Shown: positions 10,453-20,664, counted from the first letter of the stretch. The stretch is DNA of 21,343 nt from Bilabrum cf. latius (GCA_965178125.1 OZ237773.1:558001-579343); one strand, 5' to 3'. Program-made: numbers and translations. The notes: a model not told the origin generated them from the letters alone.

Positions 10453-13400
10453 ATGCGGGTTTCCCGCAGACGGGCGTTCGTATTTCAGCGAGTCGTTCGA
10501 TCACTTTGGGGTAGTTTCAACAGTTTGCTTGGATTAAACGAGCTTAACATAAAACAAGTGAGATGGCTATGCTCATGGTCTCGTATACATCGTGTACCAC
10601 TGCATTTACGGTTCCATACTATTAGCGCACCCCCTTCGATTAAGTTCCTATTCTATTCGCAGGCTTTTGCCACCGGTACTAGAACCAACACGATATCTGT
10701 CCCGCTTTTGATGCTTGCGCGACAGGTAGTTAAGCCATACACTACAGTAAGGGGCTGCTCGACTACGTAGTACTCCGAATGGAGGGAGCCAGCGACTTGG
10801 ATTGAGACATTTTGTGATTCACTTGTAGTTCACGATATTGAACGAATGGCGCGGATCGTAGATGGCACATTGGGAGAATTGGTCAGTCGAGATCCCAGCG
10901 TACATGCTTGTCGGGACGTGCAAGCTCAGTGCTCTTTCCTCAAGCGCTTGGAGATGGCTGCCAGCGACGCTCCGATCCTCGTCAAGCACCTGGATCAAGG
11001 CAAGTAGTTCTCCGTGGAGAAAGTGATGGATTTGATAAATCGAAGAACGGAGGATCGACCAAGGAGCTCATTAATTGAGTGCAGCGGGCCCTGGTTCAAG
11101 ATGGCCGCGCGGCTGTGCGAGATTGACGTTGGTCTTCTCAACGCGGTCCTGGACACATCGCATCACGCGTACATTTTGTCCGACGAGTACCGAAATGGTA
11201 TGCAAAAACTACGCACTGTCATTAGTAGCGCCCTAGACAAGGTGCCAATGGCCTAGGAGAGGGCCGAGCAGGATGCACGAAAGTACATCGCCAAAGGCCG
11301 CCCACCGAAGGACTACCTCAGGGACGCGCGATTCTTGGTTGTGCCTGACTGCAGCTGGATTCCAAGACTCAGTACGCGTGCCAAAGATGAGGGTTTTGAC
11401 ATTAAGGGCGATTTCGATGCACCCGACGTGGCGACTGCCGTGAGGAAGCGTATGGCCTTTGCCGCAAATTCTGAGGGCGGCTCATTGGTAGCAGCAGTCC
11501 GTGATTCGCTTCTGCTAATAGGCGAGGCGTCAGTCTATGTGAAAAGCCGCCAAAGACTTGTGGATGCGCCAATTCTTCCCATCGTGGACGCAAGGTGTGG
11601 GTCTCAACGCGAAGGTTGGTTGGACCTGTTTATCATGGAGGCATTCGCGACCACATCTTTCGGCTCATCTGTTATGCGTGGCGGGGTGGTTACTGGTTTT
11701 CTAGGGTACGGGAAATCTGAGCTGATGCGGAATGTGATCTTTGGCAAGGCACTCATGCGTTGGGCACTTGCACTAGAGAGTGAGCCTTCCGAAGATTCGC
11801 ACCGGACGACCCATGTCGGTATCTACGTCAAGGACCCAGTAGGAAAGATCGGTGACTTGAGGTATGCCAGCCCTGTCGCATTGATTGCTGCCGGCCTCGC
11901 CAAGATCGGTCTCATAGATGCAAGTTCTCCGCCAGGCTGGGCAAAGCCAGACCAGCTGGAACCAACTGCCATGGGAGACTGGCTGTCGGAGCAAAGTATC
12001 CACGTTGCGCTGACCATTGATGAAGCCCAAAAGGTGCAGATGCCAGCCGAAGGGTCCGAGGACTGGCACTACCGCAAAATGGTATCCGAGTTCTGGGCGA
12101 CTTTAGCCGACATGCTGAATATAGAGTAGCGTAGGCCCACGGTCTTCTTGACGGGCTCGTAGAAGAGCTTAGCCAAGGAAGTGTATGGGCCAGTCCATGG
12201 ACGCCAGGTGCTCCAGGACGACAAATTTCTCGTCCGCGCGATGCCCAATGCATATTCGGAGCCGGAGCTGCATCTAATGCTACTTCGGCAGCAGTCAAGG
12301 TCAAGTATTAGGCATAAGCAATCTAGCGATGTTTCTCTTGGACCGCTAGAAGCACCGTTTGAATCCCGTAAGGTCACTGCCGCCGATGCAGTTCTAGCCT
12401 TAGCATACTACTTGCGCAAGCGAGATGACATCAAGATCGGGAAGTGGTGGCATCGGGTTGGGTACTTCGTGCAGCCCAGCTTGGACCATGTGGTGCGCTC
12501 AATATAGCCTGGTTCATAGACCCAGGGTGCACAGGATACTGAGGGTCTTCCAACTGGCAGAATCACTGTGGAAAGTGCCCGAATGCACCTGCAGGACCGC
12601 CGAGTGCTTCGTGCAGCAGAATCTGCCCGCGAACGGGTCCTTAGAGCGTTTTTGCTGAACGGGGTGCTTGCAAGGAGTCTGGGGGCAGTTGGGGGGACGA
12701 GCGTCTAGTTTAGAATGTACGTTAGGGCGATGATGGATCGCAAGTCGCTTTTCAGCAGGTTTGGAGTAGCTCTCGTGCGAGCTTCTCTCAATGGTGGCAA
12801 CGTCGGCGAGCAGGCATTGCTCAACCTCGATGACCCTTTTCAGGCCATGCCACTTGCAACACTGTCCACCATCAAGGATAACCTGGATGAAGTCAATAAA
12901 GAAGTGCTGCCGCCAGATTAGGTCGCTTCAGATCGTCATGAGTATGAAGACAAGCTTGATGGTTTGTTGCGGAAGTGGCATGATGACCAATGGGTGATGT
13001 ACCATTCTCCTGAGGAACAAAAGTTCAACCAAATACGAACGCAGCGTGGTTCCGGGAACGTGCAATTCCCTAACGTGGCATACGCAAGAGTAGCCCTGCA
13101 GGTTGATCTCACTCGAGACATCTTCCTCACCATTCGGGAGCAACAGGCACTCGACGATTCGACGGGTGACTTCGGCAAGGATTATGAGATGGCAATCGCC
13201 GAGTCTTTGCGGCGCAACTTCAGGTCCAAGGTACTTGGCAAGGGCCGTTTGCCTTCTTTGCCCAGAGACGTGTATTCTTCGAGTCCTGGGGTGCTAGAGC
13301 TGTCGTGGGATCGGGATAGCCCGTCTTCGCCCGATCAAGTGCTTCGATTGGGCTATCTTGGAGAAACCGGACCCAAACATAAGCAGTACCGGCAGGGGGT

Positions 13401-14082
13401 TGCAAACAGACCATTTTCAGCTTTTGGTCAAATATTCAAGGAGTTTCCAGACCATTTCGGCGCTGATCTCGCTGTTGTGCTGCGCAGCAACTCTCATCTT
13501 GAGAACCAAGTCAAGTATCACGTCGTCCGGATTTAGGTCAAGGCCGCCTCCTCGAAAAAAGATGAAGTTGGCGCAAGCGATCTGGACAAGATGCTGTGCC
13601 AGGATATTCAGGCCGATGTCCATCGAAGGTACTGTAGTTTGCTAGGCGAGGAGCAGACCTCTGGCAACGTGGTTATACACCGACTCCTCATCACTACTAA
13701 GCCTGTAAATGACCCTATGCAAAGTCTGGCCAGCCATTCGGAGACGAGAAACCCCCTATCCGCGGTGGGTGCGAGAAAGCAGCGTCTCGGCAGGTAGCCC
13801 AAGCCAATTTCGCGGCAAGAGAACATGGACGTGATCTACGGGAAAGACCTATCGGACTTGCTATTTGCCGATGCTCGGCTGTATCTGGCCAGGAGGCGAC
13901 TACTGCTGAGCAAGTCAGAGCAGGAAGCACGTGAAGCCTAGGTGGTGCTGTAGAACGTCCTCAATGAGGTTGTGGGCGAGCTAAGCCTGGGACTTGCAAG
14001 CAGGGAGGCCGGCAGGTTTGATTCAACCAGCCTTGCTGAAGCTTATTGGGAGCAGCACCGGTTCGCCAGCGATATTTCGTGA
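10453..14082 (+). CDS. Large P-loop NTPase + C-terminal PD-(D/E)xK (REase-fold) nuclease protein, Crinkler/RHS-type effector-like; ~1120-1210 aa; 13 in-frame TAG
   Basis: Seven listed ORFs in one frame joined by TAG (10768, 11005, 11254, 12127, 12160, 12505, 12517, 12706, 12919, 13534, 13795, 13939, 13951); stop TGA 14080-14082. Walker A VVTGFLGYGKS, Walker B VALTIDEAQ, sensor-like VFLTGS; nuclease-like YEMAIAESL...FGADLAVV...VVRI*VK...RLLITTK. The start is ATG 10453 or ATG 10711 (uncertain). Confidence 0.78.
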
Positions 14083-14335
14083 CTGACATCGTATAGAATT
14101 TAAGATAATCTGTCAGTCTTGGGCTTTTCAACTACGAATGGTGGCGATTGACTGGAAAAATGCATAGTAGGTAGCCTACCCGCAATCTTCGTGGCCTGAT
14201 ATTTTCCGTTATTACGATGTTTAATGCAGCAGTTTGTCTTCCAACAGACAGACCGGGTATTGCCGCGTTCTCCCTCTTAATAGAGCTATCCGGATCCTTA
14301 ACGCACAGGTAGTTTTATTCGGCCATTGTGGTTTG

Positions 14336-15212
14336 GGGTTCGGCTCCAGCGGGCCTGCTGAACGGGCCCGGCTGCCCAGCTGCATGAGCTGCCTGCCAGT
14401 GCCCGCCTCACTCTGAGCGATCTCGAGCTGGCGGTGCTGCTGGCTTCCAACCGGGACCGGCTGGACGCGCTGCTGGACAGAGTGGACGAGCTGGCCTGTG
14501 CCCCAGTATAGGGGCAAGGAGGCAGTGGTAGTAGCAGTGGTAGGCCCGCTGGATTGGAGGCCATGTGCAGGATAGCCCCCGATGTGCGTCGGTGCGTGCT
14601 GGAGGCAGAGCAGGGAGGGCCAGATGCCATGTATGCCCGCGTGTTCCATTCCATGCAGCTCGTGGCGCGAGCAGGGCATGCAGCGGCAGGGCATAGGTCC
14701 AGCGAGCCGGTGTCTATGTCTAGTAGTGGACGCGCGGACAGGCTGTCGCTGGTGCATCTGGCGCGGAGTGTGCCCGGGGCGGTGGCTTTCTTACTCACTG
14801 AGCCAGGGCTGGTGCGAGCAGCGGTACGGAAACCGAGGGAGCACATTGGCGGCAGTGGCAGCGGCGGTGGGGCGACCAAGAGTACACCTCAGCTGCTGCT
14901 GCTGGCCCCCATCGACCCAAAAGAGAACCTCTCTAGTTGGCAGCGGCAAATGATGTTTCTGCCGACCCTTGCAAGATTGTTGGGTTCCTGATGGCGAAAA
15001 GTGAACAAGAACAGTACTGCAGACTCTAACCGAATTGTGGTACTGCACCCCGGGGGTGGAAGTGCAAATTTCGAAAAGATGAAGCTCAAACGCAAACAGT
15101 AGATCTACGCACTCGAGAGCGACGGCCTGCTAGTACAACATCGCATAGGCTAGTAACAAAGCTTGTTCTTAGCCATTCTGTGAACTGTGAATCTGGCTGC
15201 TTGCCCTCCATT
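14336..15212 (+). repeat. Direct repeat copy 2
   Basis: Second copy of 9329-10410, lacking the 189 bp equivalent to 9911-10099. Confidence 0.93.
14362..14991 (+). pseudogene. 5'-truncated duplicate of the C-terminal part of the 7550-10186 gene
   Basis: Same frame and same C-terminus (...WQRQMMFLPTLARLLGS-TGA). Frame is closed upstream by TGA 14359-14361; in-frame 63-codon deletion; first in-frame ATG at 14563. Confidence 0.7.
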
Positions 15213-15251
15213 TCGGGTAATAGCTTGGTCTCTGATCCAGATTCTAGAATC

Positions 15252-16901
15252 ATGATGAGATAGGTTGCAAAGAGTACGGCCCGGGCTCTTCGCCGACGGG
15301 GGCATACGGGCTCGATTGCATCACCTACATGCAGTGCCACTGTGTCGTCTCAGTCTGCAGTCACTGGGTCCAGTACTGATGAAGAAGGTGGTAAGAGCCC
15401 TGCAGGACATTCTGCGAGCACCAGTGGAAAAGCAGGTGCAGCTGCGGTCAGTGTCGCGGACCATGCAACTGGTACCGGTTCAAAGAGTGGAAGCAACAGC
15501 AGTACACCTACCTAGTCCCGGGCTGCAGCTGCGATGGTATGGCTCATTGAAGCAACTCATAGCTCTCTCGCACGCGATAGGGTTGATGGAAGCTTAGCAT
15601 TAAGGAGGCTCCAGCCATACTACGACATCGCGCTACGACCGTTAGGGACCATATTGAAGAGGAACGCGGTCGCTGTCGGGATTGATAACGACACCGCAGA
15701 TTTTCTGTACAGATGCGGAGCGCAAGGTGTCAAGCCCCCGCAAGTGGTACCCGATGCAAGTTGCTGTTCAAAGTTGGTGTATCGGGCACAGAGCTGCATC
15801 GAGGGGGTATCCCAATGGTCCCGGTAGGTTGGACGATACCTGGCGAGTCGGTCGAGCCGAGCGCTGGAATCCATCATGTCTGCGACGGATGCGAATGCGC
15901 TGCTGGGCAGGGGCCGGATGCTGGTGCTCACCACCGGACAGGCCTGGCGCCTGCTGTAGGTGGCGCGGGCTAGGCAGCGCGCGGCCATCGAGGCATAGCA
16001 ACAGTCAGGTCTAGAGCGTGCAGACGGGCCCTAGGCAGTTGGCAGTGGCTCGCCTCCCGCACCAGCACCAGCAACAGCACAAGCACCAGCAACAGCACCA
16101 GCAACAGCACCAGCAACAGCCGCCAAGCCAGACACTACCCCAGCCGGAGCCAGCCAAACCTACAACTTATCAAACGCTGGGAGCGCCGCTGCCACCTCCC
16201 CGTAGCTGCGGCCTAATGCTGCTGCCTCTCTAGACCTGGACGAGGACAGTTGGGCCACCCCTGTGTCCCCATGGAGGGGGGCCTCTCTTCTGGACATCGG
16301 GGCAGGGGACGGGAGCGTCACGCGGAGGCTGCTGGACCTCGGGTTCGAACCGTCGAGGAGCAGTGCCACGGAGGTGTCTCGGCCCATGGTGGGGCGGCTG
16401 CGGTCCCTAGGGGTGCGCGCTGTTGAGTGTGCGATGCCTGGGCCAGACGTGTTCCCCCGAGGTGGCTGCTTCGACGTGGTGTCCGTGCTAAATCTGCTCG
16501 ACAGGTGCGATGACCCGAAGGGGGTGCTGTAGGCCGCCAAGCGACTCGTCAGAAAGACCTCTACTACTGGCAGTGGCAGTGGCAGTAGGCCGCCCACTGG
16601 CACGGGGAGCGGTCTCTTGCTGCTGGCCGTGGTGCTCCCCTTCCGGCCATTCGTGGAGGACGGAGTGGCAAGGCGAGTGCCTGCCAGGCCGCTAGCAGTG
16701 GGTCGGGCCAATGATCCTAGGCTCTCTTAGGAAGCCATGGCCACTGAATTCGAGGCCAACGTTCTAGCACCGGCGGGTCTACGGGCTCTCGTGTACTCCC
16801 GCGTCCCGTACCTGTGCGAGGGGGACGGACTGGCCGACTTCTATACGCTGCCAGATACCCTATTTGTATGCGATGTTGTGGCACAAGAGCTCGATGAGTG
16901 A
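15252..16901 (+). CDS. METTL9: METTL9/DREV-like protein-histidine methyltransferase, ~549 aa; 9 in-frame TAG
   Basis: MSATDANALLGRGRMLVLTTGQ, LLDIGAGDGSVT, ATEVSRPM, FDVVSVLNLLDRCDDP, LLAVVLPFRPFVE and SRVPYLCEGD...FYTLPDTLFV all match METTL9 motifs and lie in one frame across TAG (15261, 15513, 15825, 15957, 15996, 16032, 16203, 16530, 16728). Stop TGA 16899-16901. The start may instead be ATG 15534. Confidence 0.9.
16059..16120. repeat. Low-complexity 12-bp-period repeat (gcaccagcaaca) encoding APAT repeats in the METTL9 insertion
   Basis: gcaccagcaccagcaacagcacaagcaccagcaacagcaccagcaacagcaccagcaacagc. Confidence 0.8.
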
Positions 16902-17086
16902 GAGATTTGGGTATACACGCAGTCTAGCCCGGCCCTGGTGGACTGGACTACAGCTCTGCAGTGCCATGATGGCGTGACCTCGTCACAATGACACAAGATG
17001 AAGAAAATTGTCGAACCGTTTTGCACCATAGCACTAAGAACTTGTCATTTGATTGCTGCTGTCTTTCGTTTGTGACTCTAGGGAAG

Positions 17087-19513
17087 ATGCGTGCGATGGC
17101 CGCTGGGTGTTGTAGGCTGCTGGGTAGAGCCCTGGTTTGGCAGCGAATACCGTCAACCGGTCTACCAGCTCTAGCACGCATCAGGACCAGCAGAAGGTAT
17201 TTGTGTTCTGCAAGGCTTGACGGGGCACGAATAGAAATTGATAAAGCTGAGAGCATTTTGTCGCACGTCGAAGCAAGAGCTCAAATAGAGGCCAGTAGCG
17301 GCCACTGGCATGAAAGTCTTATGCAGTGTAGAAGCGTGATCGCATCCTTGAGGCGCCAATCTAGTGAATCCGCTGCACTGTCTCCTTCTGACTACGCAAG
17401 GGTAGCTTTGATGGACGTGCGGCTGCTCTTAGCTCGACAAGAGCTGGATGCCGCGTTAGGGCAGGCACCAGTCGCCGTTTTGCACCTGAAGTCTGTCCTC
17501 GAGGACGACAAGATCGATTCAAATGCCGACGTCGATGCACTCATTCGTGCGGCAGAGAGCACCGGGCGCCGGCTTCGAGCAGAGACGGCGGCTATGTATG
17601 GCAAGCCGGCCCTCGATTCAATTGACGAGAGTGTTGCAGACCAGCTCTCATCGGCAGCACTTGGAATCGAGAGACTGGCGAGAAGGATTCGATTCCGTGG
17701 GCTTGATGCGACTGGAAACAAGCAGGATCAGAACGGCATGGAGCTACCGATGGGCTGGGAAGGTGGCGCTGGGCCAAGGATAGCGGAATTCCTGGAGCAG
17801 CACGGCACGAGAGGGGTGCGGGCAGTTGCCACAAATCAGCTCGCCTGGTCTGAACGCAGGCATGACGCCGCGGGGGCAATGCGCTGGATGCGGCGATTGG
17901 ACCGTATGGGCGTGCGCCCCTCGGAGCGGGACTGCGTGCATGCCGTCCGTGCCGTGCTGCTGCAGGGGGACATCAGGGGCGCGTTGTGGATGCTATCGAG
18001 GTATCGCGCGTGCATGGCCCCGCGGACAACTCGACTGCACGCCATCGGTATCTTGGACGCAGCCTGTTCTCTCTTGTCCTGCGCAGGCACAGCTGGGACG
18101 AGTGGCCCAGAGCTCGCCCGGCTTGCAGGGACCGTGGCTGCCTGCCAGCTGGCTCTGACGCGCGAGTTCGGGGGCATCGTCCCGGGTCGTTTAGCTCGTG
18201 TGGTAGCCGATTGTCAGGATCTGTTACGTGGCAAGCATGTGCGCGGGTTTGGACTGACACAGGACGCAAGCAAGAGCGATAGCAGCCGACGTGAGAATGC
18301 GAACAGGGATAGCTTGCGGGAGAGTTATATCAATGGAAGCTCGCTGGATGACAGCAGCGGCACCAGCCAGCTGGAAGGAGGGAATGCAGGAAGGGGTGCA
18401 GGGGGTCAGTCGGATACAGTCATAGGTGGCGCTCATCTCTAGCATGGAATCCTTAAGCCACAGCCCAACATCGCAAAGAGTCGTGCTGGTGGTACCATGA
18501 ATCGACATCGCGGCGTTGTCCCCACAGTGACGGTTCGCCCGGGGTCTGCGTCTGGGAGTGCGTGGCCACTAGCCGCTGGCCTTTGGCAGGTAGCTGCGGA
18601 TGCTACACAAACACAATGCAGGGGCACTGTAGGCCCAGCCCTGGTCCACGTGGAGTGCGAGGCTCACTCTGTCCAACTGGCCCGCGCTCAGGTGCTCAAC
18701 GCCTCTGCTATGGCCGCGAGGATCTTGGGGCGGAAGCTGCGGGGGATAGAGAGCAGCCCGCATAGCCAGAGCAAGCAGGGTGTAGAGCAACGGAAAGCAC
18801 TGTCGACAGCTGGTGAGCGCGTGCTGTGCCTGTCTCCGCTCGATGCTTTGATCCCTCCAGCCCATGCGACAAAGAAGAGATCAGCTGGTGGAGTCGTAAG
18901 GGCGGCTGTGGGGTGGGTGCCGGTGGCTAGCCTAGTGCCAGCTCTTGAAACAGGAGATGATACGCAAAGCCTGCCGCATCCACTACAGCGGTAGCTCGCT
19001 CAGTTCTATCGGCTGATCGTCGCCAGCCAGGCCTCCCAACAGGGACTCATGCGAGATGGAGGACCAGCCAGCGGGGGCGCTTCCGAGCTGCAGCCCCTGA
19101 TTACGCCTGGGAAAAGCAGAAAACCTGCCAAATACGTCGCTGTGGTACCAGGGTGTTTCTCAAAGCCCGGGCAGCGCTCATCTGGAATCGCTGGGTATCT
19201 CCCAGTTAGGGCGGGAGGGGTCGGCAGCTGGACCGAGATGCGGGCAGCAGGTGTTGAGTCCCAGGCGGAGGCGTGGTACGGGTTGACCACGGTGAGTGCG
19301 ATTGCCAAGCAGAGATACACATCAAGCGATGGGGACGCTTTCGCATTGCCAAGTGGCCAGGTGGTGGTGCCCATGCCTCTGGGGCAAGACCACCCCGTCG
19401 TGATGTACCCGTCCTTCTCGAAGCTGCCGCAAGTGTATACTGGTGGGGCCAAGTGGGGCAAGCAGGGTGTTGAGATGCACGGGTTGCGCATGTTTGTCCA
19501 TGCGTTTGTCTAA
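17087..19513 (+). CDS. Putative mitochondrion-targeted helical-repeat (PPR-like) protein, ~808 aa; 2 in-frame TAG; ends in TAA
   Basis: ORFs 16988, 18497 and 19049 share a frame joined by TAG 18440 and 18992; stop TAA 19511-19513. Presequence-like MRAMAAGCCRLLGRALV...RTSRRYLCS; PPR-like AMRWMRRLDRMGVRPSERDCVHAVRAVLLQGDIRGALWML. Upstream ATG 16988 is also in frame. Confidence 0.65.
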
Positions 19514-19564
19514 CAAATGCCGATTATCAAGCAATTCGGTCGGATCTACTCACATTTACGGGGT

Positions 19565-19579
19565 CTAACCCTAACCCTA
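19565..19579 (-). repeat. Short interstitial telomere-like tract in inverted orientation (ctaaccctaacccta)
   Basis: 2.5 units of the CCCTAA repeat, opposite in orientation to the terminal array. Confidence 0.6.
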
Positions 19580-19800
19580 TATCCGGATAGTCACACTACA
19601 GGCAGATCTGTGTAGGATCCCGTGCATTGCGCCACAGCCCGTTCAGGCAGAAAACGCTTCAACATAGCAAATTCCTGCAGAGTGTGCAGCCGGTCGCGAC
19701 GATGAGAAGCAGAGACAGCTAGAAGAAGTGATTGACAGCGGGAATTGGGTTTAATATTTTAGTTGCAGCTACACGTTGGATTGCAAGAGGGTCGTGTTGA

Positions 19801-20339
19801 AAGAAGAAGATCAAAAAATACACGCAACTTCATCGCGGGACAACCAAAACTAGGCTGGGTGTCAAGGGCCGGTGGGAGGTGGTGGAGGGCACCTTCTCGT
19901 ACTTCTGGTCCTGCAGCTCTACGCACCAGGGCTACGACTCGGACGTGGGCGCTGCCCCGCACTCCCGGTTCGACGATGTGGCAGCGTGGGTGACGCACGC
20001 GGGCCCGGCTCGGTGCTGCGGGATGGTGCAGCTGCTGCTGGGGCTGGACGAGGACGGGGGGCTGACGAGGCTGCCCTGGGTGGATGAAGACCCCGTGGTA
20101 GGGTGGAGGCTCGAGCCGGGGCCCAAAGCGGTGGCAGACACGCAGGTGATGGTGAATGGGGAGGCGGTCGGGCATGGCTCGAGGCTAGACCGTTGCCATC
20201 GGTGACTCGTAACGGCTTTTTGAGCACTTGGGCCGTGCTGACTCAAGATTTCTTCACGGCACCGAAGGGATCACCGGCCTTCGCGAGGCTGGTGTGGAAG
20301 GAAGCACACGTCGTATGTGGAGGCGTGAAGCCCGCTTGA
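19801..20339 (+). pseudogene. Possible degenerate gene fragment
   Basis: GC-rich coding-like frame 19801-20205, preceded by TGA and with no early ATG, overlapping a second frame that ends at 20339; family not recognised. Confidence 0.25.
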
Positions 20340-20390
20340 TCTGCCCCCTTTTCACCTTGTTATATCCTTACACCGGTCTGCTGATTATAG

Positions 20391-20664
20391 CCCCATCCAG
20401 CGCCCGCACACCACACCTACTTGCTCCAGCACAGGCACCATGGCCCCCATCCAGCGCCCTCACACCACACCTACTTGCTCCAGCACAGGCACCATGGCCC
20501 CATCCAGCGCCCGCACACCACACCTACTTGCCCCAGCACAGGCACCATGGCCCCATCCAGCGCCCTCACACCACACCTACTTGCTCCAGCACAGGCACCA
20601 TGGCCCCATCCAGCGCCCTCACACCACACCTACTTGCTCCAGCACAGGCACCATGGCCCCATCC
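20391..20664. repeat. Subtelomeric 53-bp tandem repeat, 5 copies plus an 8-bp partial
   Basis: Unit ccccatccagcgccc(g/t)cacaccacacctacttgctccagcacaggcaccatgg at 20391 (54 bp), 20445, 20498, 20551 and 20604; partial at 20657-20664. Confidence 0.97.

Noticed and set aside
10411-14335. Classical transposon or LTR element
   Set aside because: No terminal inverted repeats, transposase, RT or integrase motifs. The flanking repeats are host gene sequence rather than LTRs.
16018-16233. Poly-Q/H ORF
   Set aside because: Alternative frame of the APAT repeat inside the METTL9 reading frame.
16728-16730. A-to-I editing UAG>UGG (Trp), or pyrrolysine
   Set aside because: Only this site fits Trp; most TAG contexts are polar. 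Pyrrolysine is not known in eukaryotes. Not formally excluded without RNA data.
2-19513. Cluster of pseudogenes, or RIP-like C>T mutation, as the source of the stops
   Set aside because: Random or C>T decay would also create TAA (from CAA), TGA (from CGA) and frameshifts. None occur in these frames, and catalytic motifs are intact.
19741-19800. Helicase motif V-like peptide FNILVAATRWIARG (telomere-linked helicase relic)
   Set aside because: Too short and imperfect, followed by TGA, and no other helicase motifs nearby.
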